64,000 nt of DNA from Eledone cirrhosa (Eukaryota). Below are positions 1-9,600 of the stretch, piece by piece. The position numbers and the translations under genes were made by a program. Position 1 is the first letter of the stretch, and each line of letters opens with the position of its first letter. The notes beneath the pieces are model-generated. The model ran no database searches and was not told where the DNA came from. It saw only the letters and a program-made list of their open reading frames with translations. Location: positions 180,606,001 to 180,670,000 of the forward strand of contig OZ024742.1 of assembly GCA_964016885.1 (NCBI GenBank), written 5' to 3'.

Positions 1-329
1 GCGTGGAAAAAAGGCTGTTAAATGGTGATATGTATATATATGTATATATGCATAACCCATTTTTCCATATGAGTGGACAACAGTTGATTGCAATAAATCA
101 GGAAAAATGTGGCCTTCGGTTGCTTTGCAGGATCGAAATCCATATCCTTGAGATTCTTGTCTCTTGACTGACCCATGCATACAAGCATGGAGAGCTGGAC
201 ATGCTCCCCCAATTTCAAATCTTGAGACTTGCCTAATTTTTTCATAAATATAACAGTTAATGTAGATACATACATATATATGCAAGCAGGGAAAAGCAGA
301 TGTAAAATGATGATGATGATATCTATCTA

Positions 330-379
<50 letters not shown>

Positions 380-1649
380 GTAGAAATAATGTTTCATACA
401 CTTAACATGTTAACATGTTAAGCACATACATGTTAAGTGTATGAAGCATTATTTTTACTAAATAAGCTCTCTTGCAACAGATTGAGCTTTGTTTTCCTTG
501 AGCGTTCATCTACAGATATCCTGCATATATATATAATCTTCTGATGATCCTGTATAAGGATGAAAGCAGAAACTGTTTGCTTAAACATTTTATTTGTTCT
601 GAAAATAATTTACTTAACACTTTTATATATATTGATGCGCAATTATGTATATTAAAAATAAATATATACTCTTTTAATATATAACTCATATACATATATA
701 TATTACAGCATATATATCTCTTTACATATATGCAACTCTTATCAAGTCCTGTCTAGATTTTAGTCTTTATATTTATTATTATTGCATGATAAACACACTG
801 AGTACATGCTGTAAAGTGGTTGGTGATAGGAAGGGCCGGCATCTAACCATAGAAAGCTTGTCAAACAAAGAGTTGGGAGGACCCTTCAGTTGTTCCAAAT
901 ACATGATAATCATAATTAAGTGAAATTCAGATCCCCATCCTGTCCGGGATGTCAATAGTCCTATTTCAATACTGACTTGGTCTATGTAGACCCTTCCAAC
1001 CCTTACTAACAGACATTCAAACAATGATGATGATGATAGGTAAGTTACCTGTAACTGTAAGTTACCTGTAACTGTAAGTTACCTGTACAAAATAATATTT
1101 AAAAGAAAATATATGTCACATCTGTTTATTTCTACAAAAACTGAGGAAACATGAGCCCTGGGAATCTCTGAGATTTCTGAAACTATGTTAATTGATTGTA
1201 TTTCTCAAGTGTATTAGTTACAGAATTCTATATTAAGATGTTGCCTAAATACATATTTTATGGTTACATCTGCTACAACTGTAGCTTGATATAGAAATAG
1301 TTAAATCCATCGGGGAAAGCAATACAGTGTATGATAATGATTTTTATCTTCATGGATCAAATATAGTTAATATTTGATGCCTTCTTGATATAATGTTTGA
1401 GAGGAAAAGAAAAGTACTTTTAGTTGTCAGATCATCTGATAAGTTCATTAAAACTTCATACTTTGAAATGGAATAGAAATATACCAAAACATATGAAATG
1501 ATAATTGTAAAATGAAGATTAAACACTAGTTAAATTTTATAACCAGGTGTTTTTAGTATTACAATTTCTGTATATATCTAATGTGATGTTAATTATATGA
1601 TAGATTGGTATATCTGGCTGAGTGGGTGGTTATAAAGTGGAAATGAGGA

Positions 1650-1990
1650 TTCATAAGTCTTTCTGGAGCTTTCTAGATTGGTGAGTGTTAGTGTTCCTAA
1701 ACACTAGAAACATTGTTAACTGGATCTGTAGCTATATAGGACAGTGAACATGGCTCAGAATTGCATTGGAAATGAGCAAATGTAGTATAAATAAATGAAA
1801 TTATATGGACAAAGCTGTGTAGAGAATGGAGACTGGGAGAGACAGGTTCCCTTAGTCAAGGAAAAAATGTATTGAGGTGGAAAGATGAAATTGAAATATT
1901 TGGGGATGTTATGTGGACGAGAGGGCCATAGGATGGATACAATTTGCACAGGATTGAGAAATCTTTATCTAGTAGTGGGCAGATAATAGC
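1650..1990 (+). mobile_element. Highly decayed 3' coding end of an RTE-clade LINE
   Basis: 1806-1950 reads WTKLCREWRLGETGSLSQGKNVLRWKDEIEIFGDVMWTRGP*DG, matching the RTE C-terminal pattern W.K...EW.P...R..GRP..RW.D.I......W...A.DR; boundaries approximate. Confidence 0.55.
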
Positions 1991-2799
1991 TTAGATTGGT
2001 GATGTCAGTAATGTTGAATGCATTTTTTTTACAGTAACATGTAGTGTGGAAGATTAGAAAAGGTGATACAGGGTCATTAACTGGGTTTGAATGGCTTGGT
2101 ACATTGTTAGCTATTTGGTTTCCATGCAAAAGATGGCTAAAGGACATTTTCCACTATCACATTCTATAAAGATTATATTTATGTCGTGAATTATATTTAT
2201 GTTGTGATTTATGTTGTGAATTGTAGGAATAAGTGGCTGTCTGAACACATATTATGATACTACTTGTATAAAACTTAGTTTTAGCACAAATACTATTAAA
2301 CTGTTTATGTACATCTATGACATTACATGTGTACAACTTAGTTTTAAAGCAAAGACTATGATACTGCTTATGTACAACTTTGTTACAACACAACATATAT
2401 GCTTGTATATAACATTGTTTCAACATAATATCTATGACACTGCTTGTGATGAAGCCTTATAACTAATACCAAACATTCAAAGAGAAATCAATTAAACATG
2501 ATTAATTTTAATTACAGCAAGCCTCTTTCAACATAGTTCATTTGTTTTGACACATAATTGGTGATGTCATTTACAGGTAGCAATTAGTTGGGAGGCCAAA
2601 ATCAACATTACAACACACCCACTATAAGATACATAATTAGTGTAATACAATATTAGTTTTGTGGTAAATAAGATTTTAAGAGGATATAAGAAGAATCAAT
2701 ACAAGTGTTTTTAACAGATTCATTCATAGGTAATATCCACTTTTAAAAACAGATATTAAATTCTGATAATAAAGATTTATTTTTTTCTTTAATATACAG

Positions 2800-2839
2800 G
2801 GAGCTCATAGATCGGACAACAAACTGTTTTTCGCGGGGG
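2800..2839 (+). CDS. Candidate 40-nt internal exon of an unidentified host gene
   Basis: Pyrimidine tract plus AG (ttttttctttaatatacag) at 2781-2799 and donor G|GTAAGT at 2840; two open frames (ELIDRTTNCFSRG or GAHRSDNKLFFAG); not within a recognisable repeat. Confidence 0.4.
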
Positions 2840-3157
2840 GTAAGTTTTTATTAATTTTCGTATTCTGAAAGATCAAAATACAACAAAATGTTTGGTCATT
2901 GGACTCCGGGGAAATGTTCTGACAAAAGCTGTGGGAGTTACAGAAATATTCCATATATTTTTCCAGAGCAATCTCTATTTAAATTTTACATTTTACATTT
3001 ACTTGTCCCCCATTGCAAAATGGCCATAAATTCAAATTTTGAAAAGAGAGGAAAAGGGACAAGTGAACTATGAAGTTGAGACATCTCACTGCCCCCCTCC
3101 CACCACCACCACATAAGTCATTACCCTATCTACACTAAGATTGCTAAACTCCTTTCT

Positions 3158-3168
3158 CTGTGTGTGTG

Positions 3169-3201
<33 letters not shown>

Positions 3202-3575
3202 AATATATATATATATATCTCAGTGGATGTGACTAGATTTCAACACAGCAACTACAACAACAACAGCAACTGCAACAACTCCATTGTCCGTGTTGAATGT
3301 GTGTGTATGTATGTATGTATATATATATATGTGTATATATCACACAGTGACCAAATTTTAAAATTTCAACCCAACGACTACAACAACAGCAACAACAACA
3401 ATACCATTGTCTGCAGCAGCAGCAGCAGCAGCAGCAGCAGAGAAATGAACAACAACAACGGCAGCAGCAACAGCAACAACGACGAAAACAACAACAACAA
3501 CAACTGCCATCACCATCACTGACACTATCCATCACCATCACTGACACTATCCACCACCACCACCATCACCAGCAA
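3158..3575. repeat. Compound microsatellite (TG/TA, CAA, CAG, CAC)
   Basis: Directly visible simple repeats; the poly-N/S/H and poly-C ORFs here are artefacts of them. Confidence 0.9.
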
Positions 3576-3989
3576 TCAGGCCTTAAGAAGAAGAAAACAA
3601 CTATAATAATAGTAATAACTATTCTGTTCTTGGCAATCATTCCAGCGCATTGCTGGTGCCTTGTTTTGGGCCCGGAGCGTGGAGGGCCATTGCTCTATGC
3701 TGTAAAGCAAACAATTATTATTATTATAAAAATACTGAACTGTAAAAGTCAACAGTTGACATGATCTTGTATCAGTACTGACAGTAATATATGTGTGTGT
3801 GTGTGTGAGTGGCGTGTGGGTGTTTGTATGCATGAGTGTTGGTGTGTGAGTGGCGTGTGTGTTTGTATGCATGAGTGTTGGTGGTTGTGAGTGTTAATAA
3901 GTGGTGTTTTTTTGTTTTTTTTGTTATGACTGTGCTGTAAAATGGAAGGGGTAGAGAGGGCCCATGAGTCCAGTAAGACATCCTCTCTA

Positions 3990-6616
3990 GTGCTGGTGGC
4001 ACGAATAAAAGCACCCAGTCCATGCTGTAAAGTGGCACTGGTGTTAGGAAGGGCATCCAACCAGTGTATCAATGGCAAAACAATTATGAGCACAGCAACA
4101 AATATATAGGAACAACAAAAATATGAAGACGTTGCTTCTCAGAGTTGCAACACTTAATGTTGGCACTCTCACAGGTAGATCTGGTGAAATAGTGGAGATG
4201 GTGGAGAGAAGGTATGTGGATGTGTGCTGCGTGAAAGAGGTGAGATGGAGAGGTGCCACTGCGAGACTAATCGCAGGCAAACATCTTAGTTATAAGCTTT
4301 TCTGGGCAGGTAAGGATGATGGGTTAGGGGGAATAGGCATTTTACTGGCTGAGAGATGGATCAATAAGACAATAGAGGTAGTTTGAGTTAATAATCGAAT
4401 AATTAAGCTTAGATTAGTTGTAGGCAGGAGACTACTGACAATCATCTCTACCTATGCTCCCCAAGCAGGCCTAGATAAAGAAGAGAAAGACTGCTTTTAC
4501 GAGCAACTTTTACAAACAGTCGCAATGACAGAGGACGGAGACATCGTTATTTTAGCAGGGGACTTCAATGGTCATGCTGGATGTCTCCAGGATGGTTACA
4601 TTGGGGCACATGGTGAGCACGGTTACGGCAAAAGAAATGAAGAAGGAGTGAGACTTCTTGAATTTTGTGATGCAAGTACACTGACTATTTGCAACACTAA
4701 CTTCCAGAAACCTGCCAACCACCTAGAGAGTAGGAGGTTTGCCAATATTCTGTGACAGGGAGATCAGAGGCGTGCAGTGTTCCACATTGTAAGGCAGTGT
4801 GTCAATGCAAATCAGGATGTTGTTGGAGATAAATGTGTCCGGAATGATCAGAAAAATGAGGCCTGGAAACGTCATTATGAGAGACTGATGAATGTGGAGA
4901 ACGAATGGGAGAGAGAGAAATTACCCTCAGTATATCCGACAGAGGGACCAGCTAGTGAGATTGACGAATATAGAGTCCAAGAGGCGATTAAGGAAATGAA
5001 AAATGGTAAGGCTGCTGGACCGTCAGTGATAGTTGCTGAGATGCTGAAGGCATCAGGGGACATAGGCACTAAACTGGTTGCACTCATCAGCAATCAGGCT
5101 ATATATTGTGGTGTCATACCCAAAGACTGGTGCAGCACTATTCTCATAAATTGCTACAAAGGTAAAGGGAATGCTCTGGAGAGGAGCAATTATAGGGGTA
5201 TAAAACTGATGGATCAGGTTATGAAAGAGGCAGAAAGGATATTAGCACAACTAATTAGAGAAAGGCTCAAACTAGATGAGATGCATTTTGGTTTTGTGCC
5301 TGGGAAAAGTACAACGGATGCCCTTTTCTTGGAGAGACAATTACAAGAGAGGTTCTTAGAGAAGAATAAGCCACTATACTAGCTTTGTTGACCTAGAGAA
5401 GGCCTTTGATAGGATACCCCGATCTGTCATCTGGTGGTCCCTAAGGAAACTAGGTATTGAGGAATGGCTTGAGAGGACAGTGCAAACTTTGTACAGAGGT
5501 GCTGTTAGTAAAGTCAGGGTAGGAATGGAGTTTAGTGAGGAATTACAGATACAAGTAGGAGTACATCAAGGTTCGGTCTTCACCCCGCTCTTGTTCATTA
5601 TAGTCCTCCAAGCCATAACAAAGGAGTTTAAGTCTGGCTGTCTATGGGAACTTCTCTATGGTGACGATCTGGTTCTTATAGCTGAATCAGTAGAGGAGCT
5701 AGAGAATAAATTCTGGCTCTCGAAACAACAGTTGCAAGCAAGAGGACGGAGAGTGAACCTAGCTAAGACAAAAGTGTTGATGAGTAGAAAAGAGGACAAC
5801 ACTCTTATTCGATATGCAGAAAAGGAACTGGCATAAATTCTATAAAATGCACACAATGCAGATCCTGGGTACACAAGAGATGTCGTAGGATAGCAGGCAA
5901 ACTAACAGGTAGGGAGAAATACGTATGCAGTAGATGTACAGGGAAATTAGACAGTAGAAGTCGCATTGATAGACACATTTTTGAAATGCAGGCGGGTGCT
6001 ATAGAAGTGGTGGATAGCTTCCGGTACCTATGAGATCAGATTAGCATGGGAGGGCGCTGTTCCGAGGCCATAGTATCTAGAATAAGGACGGTTTGGAAGA
6101 AGTTTAGGGAGCTGCTTCGTCTGCTGATGAAGAAGGGTTTCTCCCTGCGTACGAAAGGCCGGTTATACGATGCCTGTGTGAGGAGCGTGATGCTGCATGG
6201 TAGTGAGACCTTGGCAGCAACTGCAGAGGATATGCAACGGCTGGGGAGAAATGAGGCAAGCATGCTCCGTTGGATGTGCAATGTCAATGTACGTGAACGA
6301 TCCAGCATGGATATGTTGAGAGAGAAACTGTGTCTGAGAGGGATAGAATGTAGTGTGCGAGAGAGGAGACTGAGGTGGTATGGACATGGAGGATGACCGA
6401 TGGGTGAAGAAGTGCCAGGAAATGCCAGTTGAAGGAAGACGTGGTAGAGGTAGACCACGAAAAATATGGGCAGAGGTGGTGAGAACAGACCTCAGAATGC
6501 TGAAGCTCACGGTGGAGATGACGAAGGACCGTAACAAGTGGAGATATGCTGTGCTGAATAAGACCCGTCCCACCCTTGCAAGCAGGGAAAAGCGGACGTA
6601 AAATGATGATGATGAT
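3990..6616 (+). mobile_element. RTE-clade LINE family A, decayed and internally deleted
   Basis: APE motifs (RVATLNVGTLTG, AGDFNGH), RT motifs (GVHQGSV, LLYGDDL), Cys/His finger remnant, RTE C-terminus, tail GCAAGCAGGGAAAAGCGGACGTAAAA(TGA)n; stops, frameshifts and a deletion near 4730. Confidence 0.95.
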
Positions 6617-6827
6617 ACGTAAATTGATGTATATATCATTATCATCACTGATTTTACATCAACCTTTCCTTGCTGGTGAAGGCTGGATGGGACTTTTTGA
6701 GGCATGGTTTTGTACCTGGATACCCTTCATGACACCCACAATTATTGATGCTTTTTATATCACACTGGGATATGTATAACTTATTCCAATCTGGATACAT
6801 ATGACCTCACATGTGTCAATATATATA

Positions 6828-6996
6828 ATTGTTTCTTCTTTAGGCACAAGGCCAGCAATTACCCAGTGCATTACTGGTACTTTATTTTATCGACACCGTA
6901 AGGATGAAAGGCAAAGTCAACCTCGGCGGGATTTGAACTCAGATCGTAAAGGGGCGTAACTATGCATGGCGTCCGACCCTCTACTGATACTGACAA
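6828..6996 (-). mobile_element. tRNA-derived SINE with Nin/Deu-like central domain
   Basis: Minus strand has B box GAGTTCAAATCCC, then GGTTGACTTTGCCTTTCATCCTTACGG...ATAAAGTACCAG and an AT-rich tail; many copies in the window. Confidence 0.85.
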
Positions 6997-7004
6997 TATA
7001 TATA

Positions 7005-7140
7005 ATGAAAGGCAGACTGTATGATGCATGTATACGAACAGCAGTTTTGCACAGCAGCAAGACCTGGGCATTGTGTGCTGAGGGCCTGCAAAGATTGGAA
7101 AGAAATGAAACCTCCATACTTTGCTGGATGTGCAATAGCA

Positions 7141-7143
<3 letters not shown>
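7005..7143 (+). mobile_element. Internal fragment of RTE family B
   Basis: [35 protein letters not shown] aligns with the ORF at 10007-12982; flanked by TA runs. Confidence 0.9.
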
Positions 7144-7192
<49 letters not shown>

Positions 7193-7280
7193 GCATGCAG
7201 GAGAGGAGATGCTGTTGGTATGTATGTATGTATGTATGTATGTATGTATGTATGTATGTATGTATGTATGTATGTATGTT

Positions 7281-7814
7281 ATGTCAGGTCGCTCTTGAGT
7301 GCTACTGGTAAGATGTAACTCAGTACAACCTGTCGCATGGTTGGGTCGTCAGTGACTAAACTGGCAACGCCACCAAGTTTACTTGGTGAGGAGGCTGATC
7401 TGAGACACCCTGAAGGACAAAAAACAAAACCTGACAAAGGGCGAAAGAACTCATAAGAGTCAACAGCCATCCAAAAGTGTGTAAATATGAATATGCACAT
7501 GTACCATGCGGTTAAACCACTGGGAGTGAAGGACCCCCTAGCCTTTGTCAGGGCATTCTCCTTGGAGAGGGCAACTCAGGATACTGGGATAACTCCGATA
7601 TAAAACCTGCGGCTCAGTAGTTACCGATGATATTGATCTTTTCTTCTTTTGGGGTTATAACTACTGTCGCTCAGAGAGTGGGATTGGTGCACAGTCTTTC
7701 CTCACTTTAAAAATTATCTTCCCGCACAGGCATTGCACGATAGAATTAATTAATAATTATTAATACTGATATATCATGCAATGACCATACTCGATAACGA
7801 GGGGTCAGCCATCA
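7281..7814 (+). mobile_element. Non-coding retroelement, probably a non-autonomous RTE derivative, embedded in (TATG)n
   Basis: Flanked by TATG repeats; contains an RTE 5'UTR-like motif (GGGCATTCTCCTTGGAGAGGGCAACTC) and an HDV-like core; a related partial copy at 15810-16137 shares CAGAGAGTGGGATTGGT, GCACAGGCAT and the CAGCCATCA(TATG)n end. Confidence 0.7.
7320..7364 (+). ncRNA. Decayed HDV-like ribozyme core
   Basis: P2 TCAGT/ACTGG, P3 ACA/CGC (mismatched), L3 ACCTGT, P1 3' strand ATGGTT, P1.1 GG, short P4 TCG-TCAG-TGA, J4/2 C-T-A-A, in the canonical HDV order. Confidence 0.55.
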
Positions 7815-8083
7815 TATGTGTATGTCTGTATGTATGTAGAGAGCCAGGGCCCGACTGCTAAGCTCTTGCCGTTTTGTCAGAAAAATCCAGATATAAACTG
7901 TGAATATATACATATTTATTGAATAGCCAATGTGACATTCCGAGGGAATTTGGGTATATAGAAGAGTGAGAAGCTAAAATGCAGAAATGATTGTAAAACA
8001 ACAAAGTGCTATAAATAATTATAGCCTAGAAATTCAGGTAAAATACCCATCCACAGGGTTCTACAGTTATTTCTGCATTTGAA

Positions 8084-8122
<39 letters not shown>

Positions 8123-8124
<2 letters not shown>

Positions 8125-8306
8125 CAAAGAAGGTGTGGTAAGATACCAGATAGACCATAATGCACCAGAGTACTCAATACTTAGGGTAGTAGAGTGGGTA
8201 ATATGAAAAGAGTCAGTACCCTGACGGCTGAGCTCCGGCCATTTCAACAGCTAGATCTAGCTATTGAAACGGCTGGAGGTCAACCGTCGGAGTCCTGACT
8301 CTTTTC
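8123..8306. mobile_element. Penelope-derived fold-back mini-insertion, copy 1
   Basis: ~80-nt leader plus inverted repeat 8201-8310 centred on AGATCT; arms match the Penelope end at 21735-21782; flanked by (TA)n. Confidence 0.8.
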
Positions 8307-8311
8307 ATATA

Positions 8312-8382
<71 letters not shown>

Positions 8383-8389
8383 CACACAC

Positions 8390-8434
<45 letters not shown>

Positions 8435-8444
8435 ATATATATAT

Positions 8445-8748
8445 CTCTATCTATCTAAGGCGGGTAAAATTCCCGAGATCCATGGACGAGTTCTCTCCAG
8501 CGGTCTCTGTCCCTCATTATCGCTGCCATATCCTGCATCTCCAACAGACCAGTGTCTGTCCTTAGGGCATCAACATATGTTAACCTTGGTCTTCCTCTTC
8601 TAGTGTGTCCATGTAGGGGCTCCCAAAGGAGCACTGAGTGCAATGTCAACTCTGGATGTCGGTGAGCATGTCCAGCCAACCTCAGTCTCCTCTGTGTCAC
8701 TTTTGAGCTGACTTTTGGGATGCTCCCATACAGCTCTGAGTTTTTCAT
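8445..8748 (-). mobile_element. 3' fragment of an RTE/RTE-X LINE
   Basis: ELYGSIPKVSSKVTQRRLRLAGHAHRHPE...LLWEPLHG...[10 protein letters not shown]...RDRWRELV, followed by a short (ATAG)n tail. Confidence 0.9.
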
Positions 8749-8793
8749 CCTCAGTGTATACTGATTAATGTTCTATATATATATATATATATA

Positions 8794-8857
<64 letters not shown>

Positions 8858-8889
8858 CATATGTATATATATATATATATATAAATATA

Positions 8890-9362
8890 TATTGTTATAC
8901 TTAGGGAGGGTCATATTTGTGTAATATTGCCAGAATTAATAACAGAACACACTCACTGTTTGGTTGGTTTTCGCTTCTGTGTCTTTTATATCGGTTAATT
9001 AAATTTATTCTGTCCTCAATGTTGCCATTGACTGACCAACGGTCAAAAATACAGATAAAATATAGACACAAACACATATATATAGTTTATCAAAGTTCTT
9101 TGGTGCACATCTGCAACATCGTCACTGGTGCTATTGTTTCCTCCCGTTGCATTGTATTTTTGACGCCATCTTTATTTAGTCTGTTTATATATTTATTTAT
9201 TTGTTTTGTTTTTTTTGTCTTCTTTGCGAATGCGTTTGCGTGTGTATATAGTGTTTTGTTTGATGTGTGTTCGTGATTGGGTGACTGCGTATTGGTTAAT
9301 GTATTCTATCTTTACTAGTGTGTGTTTATATGTGTTTGTTGTTATTGTGCTTGTGTATGTAT

Positions 9363-9397
<35 letters not shown>

Positions 9398-9600
9398 TAC
9401 TTCTCTTAGGTCAGTGTTGTTTGTTTGGGTGTGGTTGTTATTCCATTGATTTTTCTGTTTAGCCTTGGCCTTCTAAGTTCTATTTCACTGGCTTCTCTGA
9501 TTTGTCTATCTGCTGGGTCATTTCTATGTTTAGATATTATTCTAATTTCTATGCTGTCCATGTTACCTTTGTGTTGTTGTATGGCATGTTCGTATAGTAT
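8890..9600 (-). mobile_element. Penelope-like element 3' remnant (GIY-YIG C-terminus plus 3' non-coding region)
   Basis: 9406-9600 reads ILYEHAIQQHKG...RQIREASEIELRRPRLNRK, the H...H...R...EA..I...P.LN pattern of Penelope endonucleases; 8890-9045 resembles 18118-18235 plus 18515-18570. Confidence 0.6.

Noticed and set aside
534-585. CTGATGA...GAAA hammerhead-like motif
   Set aside because: Stems II and III can be drawn, but there is no stem I partner and the triplet would be UUU; at best a dead relic
1040-1088. Repeated GTAAGT donor-like sites
   Set aside because: A 17-bp local tandem repeat at the end of a retroelement tail with no upstream exon
3160-3547. Poly-Asn/Ser/His and poly-Cys ORFs
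   Set aside because: Translations of CAA/CAG/CAC microsatellites with no splice or domain support
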